Assembly (NCBI GenBank): GCA_044225365.1 | Contig: JBGAIQ010000011.1 | Location: 84,782-148,781, forward strand | DNA from: Planctomycetota bacterium | GTDB lineage: Bacteria > Planctomycetota > B15-G4 > JADJEK01 | Length of the DNA: 64,000 nt | Direction: 5' to 3' | Part shown: one piece after another, positions 1 to 10,090 of the stretch | How the letters are laid out: every line of letters starts with the position of its first letter | How positions within the stretch are numbered: the first letter of the stretch is position 1 | Program-made: the position numbers and the translations under genes | The notes under the pieces: model-generated | Databases searched by the model: none | What the model saw: the letters and a program-made list of their open reading frames with translations, nothing else | Told to the model about the DNA's origin: nothing

Positions 1-789
1 GATCGCCTCGAGGTGGTCCGTCGGCGAGTCGAGCAGGAAGCACGAGCTGAGCTGTTCGTGACGCGTGCCGGCGTTGAACAGGGTCGGCGACGAGGGAACG
101 TAGTCGAGTGAGGAGAAGAGGCGATACAGCTCGATCGCCTCGTGGACATTCTCCGACAACGCGCATGCGACGCGCATGAAGAACTGCTGGGGCGACTCGA
201 TCACGAGGCGCGACGAAGGGTTCTTCAGCAAGTAGCGGTCGTAGAGCGTGCGGAGCCCGAAGTACTCGAAGAGGTGATTGCGCTGGGGATCGATCGCGTC
301 GTTCAGCTTGCGGCTGTTCGCCTGCACGAAGTGCAACACGCGATCGTTGATCAATCGGAAGCGATGCCCGGTCGCGATCGACTGGGAGAAGGAGTGGATC
401 TCCTGGTTCTGGACTTCCTTGTCGATGAAGGTCGCGAGCAGCCGCGCCGCGAGCAGTGAATACTCATGCTCCTCGGCGATCAGCGACGCCGCGGTCTGGA
501 TGGAGAGCTGGTCCAGCTCCTTGGTCGTGGCGCCGTCGTAGATGCCGGAGATCGTCTTCGTGGCGACTCGGATCGAGTCGACGTGCGTGAGTCCAACGCA
601 CGAGCGGCTCACGGCCCGAACGATCTTGTTGAGGTCGACCTTCTCGAGCGTGCCGTTGCGCTTGCGCACGCACATCGAGGTCTGCGCGTCGCCCTCTGCG
701 CCGCCCATTCCGTCATTCAGATCCAGCGAACCGGGCTCGATGACGTGCTCGGGCTCGCGAACGCGAACCGCTTCGCTTCCGCTCTCCAT
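1..789 (-). CDS. nrdA: Ribonucleoside-diphosphate reductase alpha subunit with N-terminal ATP-cone (5' part; runs off window start)
   Basis: Manual translation from ATG 789 (GGAG RBS upstream): MCVRKRNG..VDLNKI ATP-cone, YFGLRTLYDRYLL, ESPQQFFMRVA, PSSPTLFNAGT..QLSSCFL. Not in the ORF track because it is open at the edge. Confidence 0.93.
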   Translation of the reverse strand, partial: MESGSEAVRVREPEHVIEPGSLDLNDGMGGAEGDAQTSMCVRKRNGTLEKVDLNKIVRAVSRSCVGLTHVDSIRVATKTISGIYDGATTKELDQLSIQTAASLIAEEHEYSLLAARLLATFIDKEVQNQEIHSFSQSIATGHRFRLINDRVLHFVQANSRKLNDAIDPQRNHLFEYFGLRTLYDRYLLKNPSSRLVIESPQQFFMRVACALSENVHEAIELYRLFSSLDYVPSSPTLFNAGTRHEQLSSCFLLDSPTDHLEAI

Positions 790-867
790 GATCCACTCCA
801 GCGCTGATGATCGACTTCTGTCGCCTCGCCGCCGGGAACCACGATCCCGACGCCTCCAGAAGCGGGG

Positions 868-915
868 GCCCGTTATATAGGGGCCGGGGCGGAGTGGAAG
901 CACAAAATGTAGGGG
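868..915. promoter_or_regulatory. Tandem NrdR boxes
   Basis: GCCCGTTATATAGGGG (868-883) and GCACAAAATGTAGGGG (900-915), starts 32 bp apart, upstream of nrdA; resemble the NrdR box acaCwAtATaTwGtg on the minus strand. Confidence 0.8.
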
Positions 916-1065
916 TTCGAGCCTACGCCCCCCTCCATCGTGTCGCAGGTCGTCTGGACCCCTTTTCGCGGGACCAACTTGGGAACGAAATGAGGACCGC
1001 CGGGCTCTGCCAGGCATGGATGGAAGATGCCGGGCGGAGCCCGGCGGTTCAGTGCGGTCCGATCC

Positions 1066-2313
1066 CTAGATGAAGCCGAGATCCTGAGGCACGTAGCCCC
1101 CGAAGAGCTGGGTCGCGGTGGCTTGCGATTCGCCGAGCCACTTCATCACGAGGGTGCCGAGGACATCGCGGTAGTCGAGGTTGAGAGAGATCTCACCGGT
1201 GGGATCGAGCTGGGCGGGGTCGAGGGAGGGGTGCGGGTTCAGGAAGCCACCGTGAACGGTGTCGCCGAGGACGAATACGGGGTTGACGGTGCCGTGGTCG
1301 GTACCGCCCGAAGCGTTCTCGCGGAGCGTACGGCCGAACTCGGAGGTGACGACGATCAAGGTGTTGCTCCCGAGTCCAAGAGCCCCGAGATCCGTGCGGA
1401 ATGCGGCGAGGCCCTGCGAGATCAGCGCGAGCATGTTGGAATGGAAGCCGTCCTTGTTCTGGTCGGCGTGCGTGTCGAAGTTGCCGTACTGTACGCGGAA
1501 GAACCGCAGGCCCAGGTTTGCGCTCAGGAGGCGCAATACGATCTGCATCGCGAGGGAGAAGCTGCCGGCCGGATACGCGCCCTGGAACTGGACCTGCGGG
1601 ACGGTCTTCAGCGTGTCGACGAGCTCGAGGAGCTGGTCGCTCGTAGCACCGATGGACTGCAGCATCCCGCTCGTCGCGAGCGACGCGGCGACCATCGATT
1701 CGTAGGCCTTTCGACGATTCGGCCCGTCTTCGGGATGGGCGTAGTCGAACGGGAAATTGAAGGCCTCGATCACGCCGATCGCCGGGATCTCGCCCGCCGC
1801 TCCCGCGGTCAGCAGTGTCGTCGTATCGCCGATCTCCGTCGCGAAGGGGAATGACGGCTTCGGATACAGCGAGAGATAACGGCCGAGCCAGCCCGTGGTG
1901 CCAGGAGCGGAGGGCAACCCTGAGCGCCAGATACGCGCCGAGTAGTCGTGTGACAGATTCGGATTGGGATATCCGACGCCCTGCATCACGGCGAGGCGTC
2001 CCGTGAGGTAGAGGTCGCGCATCTCCTTCCACGACGGATGGAATCCGTAGGGCTTGCCCGCGATCTTGAGCACCTGGCTCTCGGGAACGCCGAGATTCGG
2101 GCGGTAGAGGTCGTAGTACGCGCCTCCGTTCACCCCGAATGGGACGATCGTATTGAGGCCGTCGTTCCCGCCCTGCAGCTCGACGAACACGATGTTGCGA
2201 GCCGGCGCGCCCGGCGCGCCGAAAGCGGTACTCACTCCGAGGGAGCGCAAGGCCAAGAGCGCGGGGATCGCACTCGCGCCCTTCTTCATCAGATCGCGGC
2301 GAGAGAGGCTCAT
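1066..2313 (-). CDS. DUF1501 domain protein with Tat signal
   Basis: MSLSRRDLMK twin-arginine leader; LQGGNDGLNT, PNLSH, FDTH, SEFGRT, GTDHG motifs; ATGA overlap with the DUF1800 gene. Confidence 0.9.
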   Translation of the reverse strand: MSLSRRDLMKKGASAIPALLALRSLGVSTAFGAPGAPARNIVFVELQGGNDGLNTIVPFGVNGGAYYDLYRPNLGVPESQVLKIAGKPYGFHPSWKEMRDLYLTGRLAVMQGVGYPNPNLSHDYSARIWRSGLPSAPGTTGWLGRYLSLYPKPSFPFATEIGDTTTLLTAGAAGEIPAIGVIEAFNFPFDYAHPEDGPNRRKAYESMVAASLATSGMLQSIGATSDQLLELVDTLKTVPQVQFQGAYPAGSFSLAMQIVLRLLSANLGLRFFRVQYGNFDTHADQNKDGFHSNMLALISQGLAAFRTDLGALGLGSNTLIVVTSEFGRTLRENASGGTDHGTVNPVFVLGDTVHGGFLNPHPSLDPAQLDPTGEISLNLDYRDVLGTLVMKWLGESQATATQLFGGYVPQDLGFI

Positions 2314-3677
2314 GCGAACTGGTACTCCGGACTCGCGAGGATGAGCGCGACGAGGCCCCGGACTTTCACTTCCGCTGTCGCGTCGTCGAGTACGAACGGG
2401 ACGATGTCTCCATGGGGAGACTGCTGCATGTACTTCACGAGCGCGTTGAACGTCGCGTTCGATACGTTTCCCACGTTGAGTTGCGCGAGGGCTCGCAGCA
2501 CCACGGTAGGTGCGTCGAGCAACGGCCAGCTCTCGACCGGGCCGAGCAGTTTCTCGAGCTTCCAGGTCACGATCGGCTTGATCTCGACTCGTGCCGTCGC
2601 GAGCTGATCTGCGATGCGAGCGCGCTGCATCATCGTGTTCGTCGTGATCCAGGCCTTGCCTTCGTCCCAACCGAAGACCGAGGGCGGATTGAACAGGACT
2701 TGGCCGAGTAGATTGAGGAGCCACGCGATCTTTGGGCTGTCGATCTTCTTCTTCGAGAACTTTCCGCGCAGCATTCGCAGCGATCCGACGAGGAACTCGA
2801 TCGGGCTCTTGATGCGCGCGTACTTCGTCGAGGGCGCGTAGAACTCGTCCATGCGGAAGATGGTCTCGACCATCGTGCGGATGGAACCTCCGCTCTGCTG
2901 ATACGCCACGACGATCGGCTGCAGGAGTGGATCGTCGAGCGCAACCGGTCGCGCGAAGAACGAGAACAACTTCCAGGCAATTCGCCGCGCGGTGACCAGA
3001 TCGGCGACGACGATTTGCACGATCTGCTCCCCATCGAGATTGCCCGTGATCCCGCGGAAGGTCTTCGATCCGTAATCGTGCAGCTCGGGCTTGAAGGCGA
3101 AGACTCCGTGCTCGAGCGACCAACCGGTGAACGCGCGCGCGCCTTCCTTCACGTCGTTCTCGGTGTAATTCGCCTTACCGTTCGCGGCGTAGACGCCACA
3201 GGTGAAGATCTCCATCAGCTCGCGCGCGAAGTTGAGGTTTGGCGCCCCCTTCACGTTGCTGACGGTATCGAGCCACACGAGCATCGCGGGATCGCGCGCC
3301 ATCGCGAGCGTGAGGTCGTAGAACTTCCCCGCGCAGTGCTTTCGCAGCGTGACGTTCTGCTTGAACATCGCGAGCGGGTCGACGACTTTGGAAATGCCGG
3401 TCGCGAAATGGTTGTGCCAGAAGAGCGTCAGCTTCTCGATGAGCGGCGACTTGGTCTTCAGCATCCGCGCCAGCCACCAGGTCTGCAGGCGGTCGGGCGG
3501 CGCAGGCTTCGCCAGCGTCCCCATGTAGATCTGCTTCGCCTTGTCCGGCTTGAAGAGTTGCTCGATCGTCGCATCGAGCCCTGCCTTCACGGCGGCGTCG
3601 ACTTCTGCGAGCGTGGGGCCGAAACCCGCGCGACGGAGCAGATGTGCGGCATTCTCGGGATCGAAGGAAACGGTCAT
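2310..3677 (-). CDS. DUF1800 domain protein
   Basis: AAHLLRRAGFG, EKLTLFWHNHFAT, DPAML..LD, NFARELME, ARAFTGW, PPSVFGW, SPEYQ. Confidence 0.92.
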   Translation of the reverse strand: MTVSFDPENAAHLLRRAGFGPTLAEVDAAVKAGLDATIEQLFKPDKAKQIYMGTLAKPAPPDRLQTWWLARMLKTKSPLIEKLTLFWHNHFATGISKVVDPLAMFKQNVTLRKHCAGKFYDLTLAMARDPAMLVWLDTVSNVKGAPNLNFARELMEIFTCGVYAANGKANYTENDVKEGARAFTGWSLEHGVFAFKPELHDYGSKTFRGITGNLDGEQIVQIVVADLVTARRIAWKLFSFFARPVALDDPLLQPIVVAYQQSGGSIRTMVETIFRMDEFYAPSTKYARIKSPIEFLVGSLRMLRGKFSKKKIDSPKIAWLLNLLGQVLFNPPSVFGWDEGKAWITTNTMMQRARIADQLATARVEIKPIVTWKLEKLLGPVESWPLLDAPTVVLRALAQLNVGNVSNATFNALVKYMQQSPHGDIVPFVLDDATAEVKVRGLVALILASPEYQFA

Positions 3678-3856
3678 GGGTCGTCTGGGGGTGCTCGAAC
3701 TCTCGAGGACTCGTAGAACGCGAGCATCTTGCCATGCGAACGCATCGCAATATGTAACGGCAACGTGATTCGATCGCGGCAGGCGGATGCGAATGCGGTA
3801 GAGTGGTCGCCCCCCTCATCGATCCTTCACGGCACCCGAGCCCCGGGTGAGAATCG

Positions 3857-5953
3857 ATGTCCTCCAGCAATCACGTCCCTCCTGGACTCCCCTTCTTCCA
3901 ATGGGTCGCGAACGAACTCGCGGCTCGGTTCGATCTCGTTTACACGCACATCGCCGAACCGGTGGGAGATACGTGGGAGAAGATGCGGATCCTCGGCGGC
4001 GTCTGCCGCGGCGATGTCGTGCTACCTCACGACGACGACCTGCTGGGAACTCCCTGCGAGCGACCCTTCCTCGAAGCCGATTGCGAATTCCCCTCCGGCG
4101 TCGCCTCGCGATTCCCGAATCGGACCATTTTATCGCAAATCGGTGCCGAAGGTTACTACGGAACGCGGATCGTCGACACGAATGGCAACGCGCTCGGAAT
4201 CGTGAGCGCGATCACTTCGCGTCCGGTAAGTGATTTCGAGGACTTGAAGCGCTTCCTCGCGCCGATGAGGCCGCGACTCTTCGCCGAGTTCGCGACGCGA
4301 GCGGCGATGCGCGAGCGCGAGGCCCTGATCCAGGGAACGACGCTGCCGTCGTCGGGAAACGTGTTCGCCGCCCTCGCGATGACCATCGCACGGGCGATGC
4401 GCGTGAAGACGGCCTTCATCTGCGAGTCGATCCCGGGCGACCCGACGCACGCGCAGACGCTCGGCTTCGTGTTCGACGGCAAGATTCTGCCGAACGAGAA
4501 GATCCACCTCACGAACGGACCGTGCTCGGACGCCTACGGCAAGAACTGCATGGGCAACGCCGTTTTCGTCGTACCGCACGGAATCCAGCAGCACTATCCG
4601 AAGTGCGAGATCCTGAAGACCTGGCACGCCGAAGCCTACATGGCTGCTGCAATTCGGGACTCGGCAGGCCGCATGGTGGGCCACATCGCCATCATCCACG
4701 ATCATCCGATCCAGGATCGTGCGGGTAGTCACGACCTCCTGCGCATGATCGCGATTCGCGCCGGATTCGAACTCGAACGTCATCGGGTCATCGAAGAGCG
4801 CGTCGCGATCGAGCGCCGTCTGCTCGAGACCCAGCGCCTCGAGAGCCTCGGTCTCCTGGCGGGCGGCGTCGCGCACGACTTCAACAACCTCCTCGTCGGC
4901 ATCATCGGGAACACGAGCCTCGCTCTCTCCGAGATCGAGCCGGCATCCCCGATCCGACCGTATCTCCAGGCGATCGAGCTCGCGGGACAGCAGGCCTCGG
5001 ACCTCGCGCGGCAGATGCTCGCGTATTCGGGGAAAGGTCGCTTCGACGCACGGCGAATCGACCTGAACGACGTCGTTAGAGACACGATCTCCCTGACGCA
5101 GCGTTCGATCCCGCGGTGCGTGCGGGTCGAGATCGAGGTGACGCGCGATCCGCTCGTCGTCCTCGCGGACGTGTCGCAACTGCGACAGGTCGTGATGAAC
5201 CTCGTCCTCAACGCGGCCGAAGCGATCGGAGACGCCGACGGGACCGTCATGATCACGACGCGTCGCTCGATCCTGACGGGCGCTGAATCGGACCCGCTCC
5301 CGCCGGGAGAGTACGCTGCGATCGAAGTGCGCGATACGGGTTGTGGGATGGACGATGCCACGGCACGCCGCATCTTCGAACCCTTCTTCTCGACGAAGTT
5401 CACGGGTCGCGGCCTCGGCCTCGCGGCGGTCTCCGGGATCCTGCGCAGACACGGCGCGTCGATCGATGTGAAGAGCAAGAAGGACCACGGCAGCACGTTC
5501 CGGGTGCTCGTGCCGGTCGCCGCGGGTGCGACGGAATCGAATGCCCCAACGTCGCAAGCCTCCAATCTCGTCGCCGAGAAGGGCGCGGTCCTCGTGATCG
5601 ACGACGAAGAGGTCGTGCGCAACACGACCGCGAACATCGTTCGTCACTGCGGGCTCGCGTGCATTCCGGCCGTCGACGGCGCAGCCGGTATCGAGGCGTT
5701 CCATTCGCATCGACCGCACATCCGCGCGGTGCTGCTCGATCTCACGATGCCTGGAATGAATGGCGTCGAAGTCCTCTCCGAGCTGCGCAGACTCGATCCC
5801 CAGGTGCGAGTGATCCTAATGACGGGATTCGACGAATCCGACGCACTCCTGCGTTTCGAGGAGAGCGCCATCGATGGGCCCGCGGCGTTCCTCGGCAAAC
5901 CGTTTCGGACCGAGGACCTTGCCGAGAAGTTGCGCCAACTCATCGGGGTCTGA
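3857..5953 (+). CDS. Cytoplasmic hybrid histidine kinase (GAF-like sensors, HisKA, HATPase, REC)
   Basis: H-box AGGVAHDFNNLL, N-box NLVLNAAEA, DTGCGM, FFSTKFTGRGLGL; REC with VIDDE, LLDLTMPGMNG, KPF. Confidence 0.93.
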   Translation: MSSSNHVPPGLPFFQWVANELAARFDLVYTHIAEPVGDTWEKMRILGGVCRGDVVLPHDDDLLGTPCERPFLEADCEFPSGVASRFPNRTILSQIGAEGYYGTRIVDTNGNALGIVSAITSRPVSDFEDLKRFLAPMRPRLFAEFATRAAMREREALIQGTTLPSSGNVFAALAMTIARAMRVKTAFICESIPGDPTHAQTLGFVFDGKILPNEKIHLTNGPCSDAYGKNCMGNAVFVVPHGIQQHYPKCEILKTWHAEAYMAAAIRDSAGRMVGHIAIIHDHPIQDRAGSHDLLRMIAIRAGFELERHRVIEERVAIERRLLETQRLESLGLLAGGVAHDFNNLLVGIIGNTSLALSEIEPASPIRPYLQAIELAGQQASDLARQMLAYSGKGRFDARRIDLNDVVRDTISLTQRSIPRCVRVEIEVTRDPLVVLADVSQLRQVVMNLVLNAAEAIGDADGTVMITTRRSILTGAESDPLPPGEYAAIEVRDTGCGMDDATARRIFEPFFSTKFTGRGLGLAAVSGILRRHGASIDVKSKKDHGSTFRVLVPVAAGATESNAPTSQASNLVAEKGAVLVIDDEEVVRNTTANIVRHCGLACIPAVDGAAGIEAFHSHRPHIRAVLLDLTMPGMNGVEVLSELRRLDPQVRVILMTGFDESDALLRFEESAIDGPAAFLGKPFRTEDLAEKLRQLIGV

Positions 5954-5960
5954 AGGCGGG

Positions 5961-7283
5961 ATGAGAGTACGGCGTCGCTTCTTCGTCATCGTGAGCCTCG
6001 TGAGTGCCCTGGCCGCTGCGAGTCCAGAAACGGATCTCCTCGCACGGCAGCTCGCGAGCTGGCTGTCCCTCGCTACGAAGAGCGCGTTCAAGACGCCGCC
6101 GAAAGCGGAACTCGCCAGCGCCGAGTCGATGCGCAATGCCTGCCGAACGATCCTGAACGCGACCTTCTCCGAAGCGGGATGGAAGGCGCGCGCGGAACTC
6201 GCGAGAGCCTTTGGCGCTTTCCCACCAATGCCGAACGCCGCCTTCGACATCGACGATTACTTCATCGAATCGAAGTTACAGCTCGGCACGCAATGCGAGC
6301 TCGCCGGTGCCCGAGCATTGCTCGCGAACACGTTCACCGAGGCGAATGCCGTCACGCTTGCGAGTGAGTTCGGGTTCCTGCTCTTCGACCAGAACGTCGG
6401 CGCTCTCTCGTTCCTTTCGACGGGGGACGACGACGAACGCGTCGCCCGCCGAATGGTCCTCCTCGGTCTCGCCCGTTTCTTCGCACATCGTGCCGTCACT
6501 CTGCACGCGAGTGAGCTCGGCGCGACCGTGAAGGACGCGGATGCGAAATCGTTCCCCCCGAGAACGCTGCGTAGGACCATGGCCGCGATGGCTGCGCCGC
6601 AGTACGTCATCGAGCGATTCGCGCTGGAGGAGGAGCGCGGCTTGGAATGCGTCGAGCGCGTGTACGCGGAGGGTGGTGCGGATGCGTTGCGCTCCCTGCT
6701 CGCCAGCCCGCCGACGGAATCGGCCGACGTGCTGCATCCCGAGCGTTTCCTTGCGAAGCCGAAGGCTCGTTCCGCGCCCTTGAAACTCCTTTTCGCGCCG
6801 TCGGATCTCGGAAAGGGATGGACCGCGACGTACGAAGGGCGAATTGGCGAATTCGAATCGGAGTTGATCCTGCGACTCGGCGGCGACGCGGTGCGCGCGC
6901 GATTGGCGGCCGATGGGATCGGCCTCGACGCCATCTCGATCTTCTCGCACGACGGCGAATCCGAGCGGCTCTATTCGTGGTCGATCGAAGCCGAATCCGC
7001 GAAGGACGCCGCCGAAGTGATCGATGCCTTGAAGAAGCTGTTCGATCGCTTCGATACCACGAAAGCGGCGAACAAGGCGACCGGAAAGCCGCTCGACGCC
7101 GTGACGACCGTCACGGTCGATCCCGCGCGCACGAGCATCCTCGTGCGATTCGGGGACGCCACGCCCAGCGACGCACAGGACGCGGGACGATTGATCGCGG
7201 TCGCGAAACGCGTGAACGACCGCGTCGATGTCGTTCTGTATCGCGGCAGCCGGATCGCGCTCGAATCGTTGCTTCCGCTTTGA
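5961..7283 (+). CDS. Secreted hypothetical protein
   Basis: Signal-peptide-like MRVRRRFFVIVSLVSALAAA; PPTESADVLHPERFL resembles the PPxSTEQxLHPE motif of putative surface metallopeptidase-like families, but no HExxH is visible. Confidence 0.65.
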   Translation: MRVRRRFFVIVSLVSALAAASPETDLLARQLASWLSLATKSAFKTPPKAELASAESMRNACRTILNATFSEAGWKARAELARAFGAFPPMPNAAFDIDDYFIESKLQLGTQCELAGARALLANTFTEANAVTLASEFGFLLFDQNVGALSFLSTGDDDERVARRMVLLGLARFFAHRAVTLHASELGATVKDADAKSFPPRTLRRTMAAMAAPQYVIERFALEEERGLECVERVYAEGGADALRSLLASPPTESADVLHPERFLAKPKARSAPLKLLFAPSDLGKGWTATYEGRIGEFESELILRLGGDAVRARLAADGIGLDAISIFSHDGESERLYSWSIEAESAKDAAEVIDALKKLFDRFDTTKAANKATGKPLDAVTTVTVDPARTSILVRFGDATPSDAQDAGRLIAVAKRVNDRVDVVLYRGSRIALESLLPL

Positions 7284-7353
7284 GCGGAGCCCGATCGTCC
7301 CTCGGAATTCGTTATCCTCTCAACGGGTCTCGCTCGTTTGCTACGGGGGTCTC

Positions 7354-9060
7354 ATGCGATCGCATCGATTCGAAGTCGTCTCGCTCTCCGCCGTCGCCCT
7401 CCTCATCCCCAGCGCGATCGCCGGCGACCGCATCACGGGTCGCTCGTTCGCCACGCGTTCCGAGGTCATCGCGCGGCACGGCATGGTGGCGACGAGTCAG
7501 CCGCTCGCGACGCAAGCCGCGCTCGACGTCCTGAAGGCCGGCGGTAGCGCCGTGGACGCCGCGATCGCTGCGGATGCGATGCTCGGACTCACCGAACCCG
7601 TGAGCAGCGGCATTGGCGGCGACATCATGGCGATGGTCTGGGACGCGAAGAAGCAGGAGCTCGTCGGATTGCTCGGCATCGGGCGTTCGCCGCGCTCGCT
7701 CACGCTCGACGAATTCGAGAAGCGCGGATTGAAGAAGATCCCGAGCTACGGGCCCCTGCCCGTCAGCGTGCCGGGCTGCGTCGATGGCTGGTTCCAGCTC
7801 CACGAACGCTACGGGAAGCTCCCGATGAAGGACGTGCTCGCGCCGGCGATTCGCTACGCACGTGAAGGATTTCCGGTCAGCGAACTCATCGCCTACTACT
7901 GGGGACGAAACGTGAAGTCGCTCGGGAAGTACGAAGGCGTCAACGACACCTATCTCATCGACGGACATCCCCCGGCGAAGGGTGACGTGTTCAAGAACCC
8001 GCGTCTCGCCGCGACGCTCGAGAAGATCGCCGCGGGCGGTCGCGATGCGTTCTACAAGGGCGAGATCGCGGAGAAGATCGCGGCGTACATGAAGCGTCAG
8101 GGTGGCTTCCTCACTACGGAGGACCTCGCGTCGCACACTTCGGAGTGGGTGAAGCCGATCACGTCGAACTACCGCGGGTACGACGTCGCGGAGCTTCCGC
8201 CGCCTACGCAGGGGATCACCGCACTGCAGATCCTGAATCTCCTGAAGGGCTACGACTTGAAGTCGATGGGCTTCTTCAGCGCCGATCACATTCACGCATT
8301 CGTCGAAGCGAAGAAGCTCTCGTTCGAGGATCGAGCTGCGTTGTACGACGATCCCGAGTTCACGAAGGTGCCCGTCGAAGGGCTCGTATCGGACTCGTAC
8401 GCGAACAAGCGCCGCGCGTTGATCGACATGAACCGGGCCGCGCAGCGCTACGACGTCGGCAATCCCGCACTCGAGCACGGAGACACGGTCTATCTCACGG
8501 CCGCCGACGAGGCGGGGAACATGGTCTCGTTCGTGCAGTCGAACTATCGCGGAATGGGTTCGGGCATGTGTCCCGAGGATCTCGGGTTCATCCTGCAAGA
8601 TCGCGGCGAACTCTTCGATCTCACGCCCGGACGCGCGAACACCTATGCGCCGAGCAAACGCCCGTTCCACACGATCATCGCGGCTTTCATCATGAAGGAC
8701 GGGAAGCCGTGGGTGTCGTTCGGCGTGATGGGCGGCGCGACCCAGCCGCAGGTGCACGCGCAGATCGTCTCGAACCTGATCGACTTCGGGATGAACCTGC
8801 AGGAGGCAGGCGATGCGCCACGCATCCTGCACAGCGGATCCTCCGAACCGACGGGCGAGCGCATGGAGGACGGCGGTGTCGTCTCACTGGAGTCCGGCGC
8901 AACGATGGAGACGCAGCGCGAGTTGATGCGGCGCGGGCACAAGCTGCAAGGCAACGTCGGCGACTTCGGCGGATATCAAGCGATCCTGTGGGATGCGAAG
9001 CGGGGCGTCTACTTCGGCGCGTCGGAGTCCCGCAAGGACGGCCAGGCCGCCGGCTGGTAG
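7354..9060 (+). CDS. ggt: Gamma-glutamyltransferase
   Basis: GMVATSQPLA, GGSAVDAAIAA, SGIGGD, catalytic HGDTVY Thr, KRPFHTI, GVMGG..QPQ, SESRKDG. Confidence 0.93.
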   Translation: MRSHRFEVVSLSAVALLIPSAIAGDRITGRSFATRSEVIARHGMVATSQPLATQAALDVLKAGGSAVDAAIAADAMLGLTEPVSSGIGGDIMAMVWDAKKQELVGLLGIGRSPRSLTLDEFEKRGLKKIPSYGPLPVSVPGCVDGWFQLHERYGKLPMKDVLAPAIRYAREGFPVSELIAYYWGRNVKSLGKYEGVNDTYLIDGHPPAKGDVFKNPRLAATLEKIAAGGRDAFYKGEIAEKIAAYMKRQGGFLTTEDLASHTSEWVKPITSNYRGYDVAELPPPTQGITALQILNLLKGYDLKSMGFFSADHIHAFVEAKKLSFEDRAALYDDPEFTKVPVEGLVSDSYANKRRALIDMNRAAQRYDVGNPALEHGDTVYLTAADEAGNMVSFVQSNYRGMGSGMCPEDLGFILQDRGELFDLTPGRANTYAPSKRPFHTIIAAFIMKDGKPWVSFGVMGGATQPQVHAQIVSNLIDFGMNLQEAGDAPRILHSGSSEPTGERMEDGGVVSLESGATMETQRELMRRGHKLQGNVGDFGGYQAILWDAKRGVYFGASESRKDGQAAGW

Positions 9061-9217
9061 CAACACGTCGAGCGTGCCGATTCGGCACAGCCCGAATTTC
9101 ATCTCGCAGACCGTTCGATCGCGTCGTTCTCAGGGACGAAGTCGCGGAACCAATTGCACGGCGCGCACGTTCCCCGACACCGGCACTCTTCTTGCGCACG
9201 CTCCGTCGGAGGATCCC

Positions 9218-10090
9218 ATGCTCACCATTCGCGACCTCGTGAAGGTCTACCCCGGTCCCGTCGCCGCACTCCAAGGCGTACACCTCGAAGTCGAGAAGGG
9301 CATGTTCGGACTTCTCGGTCCGAATGGCGCCGGCAAGTCGACGCTCATGAAGATCGTCGCGGGTCTGCTCGAATCGACCTCGGGCACCGCAATGCTCGAC
9401 GACGTCGATATCGTGAAAGAGCCCGAGAAGCTGCGCAATCGGCTCGGCTACCTGCCGCAGGAGTTCGGTTTCTACCCGCATCTCAATGGGCTCGAGATGC
9501 TGACGCACCTCCTGAAATTGAAGGGCGTGAGCGGCGACGGCGGGCCGCGCGGACTCGCCAAGACATTGCTCGAACAGGTCGGACTCGGCGATGCGATGAC
9601 GCGCAAGGTGAAGGGATACTCGGGCGGCATGCGTCAGCGCCTCGGGATCGCGCAAGCCGTCGCGGGCGACCCACGCCTCATCATCGTCGACGAACCGACA
9701 GCGGGCCTCGATCCCGAGGAGCGCCTGCGGTTCTATCGCATCCTCGCGGAGCTCGCCGAGCGGTGCATCGTCGTGCTCTCGACCCACATCGTCGAGGACG
9801 TCGCGACGCTCTGCCCGCGCTTCGCCCTGCTCTCTCACGGCCGCATCGTCGCCGACACGTCGCCCACGCAGGCACGCGAATCGCTCGTTGGCAAGATCTT
9901 CGAAGGCTCCGTCTCCGCGAGCGACGCCGCCGATCTCACCGCGCGCCACGCCGTGACGCAGGCCGTGCTCGTCGAGGGCAAGAACCGCGTACGAGTGCAT
10001 GAACCCTCGGGCCGTGCTCCGGTCGGATTCATCGCGGTCGAACCGACGCTCGAAGACGCCTACTTCGTGCTCATGCGTCAGGCGGCGTGA
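9218..10090 (+). CDS. ABC transporter ATP-binding protein
   Basis: Walker A GPNGAGKS, signature YSGGMRQR, Walker B IIVDEPT, LSTH; GGAGG RBS. Confidence 0.95.
   Translation: MLTIRDLVKVYPGPVAALQGVHLEVEKGMFGLLGPNGAGKSTLMKIVAGLLESTSGTAMLDDVDIVKEPEKLRNRLGYLPQEFGFYPHLNGLEMLTHLLKLKGVSGDGGPRGLAKTLLEQVGLGDAMTRKVKGYSGGMRQRLGIAQAVAGDPRLIIVDEPTAGLDPEERLRFYRILAELAERCIVVLSTHIVEDVATLCPRFALLSHGRIVADTSPTQARESLVGKIFEGSVSASDAADLTARHAVTQAVLVEGKNRVRVHEPSGRAPVGFIAVEPTLEDAYFVLMRQAA

Noticed and set aside
142-880. Short plus-strand ORFs at the window start
   Set aside because: Antisense shadows of nrdA, which the ORF track missed.
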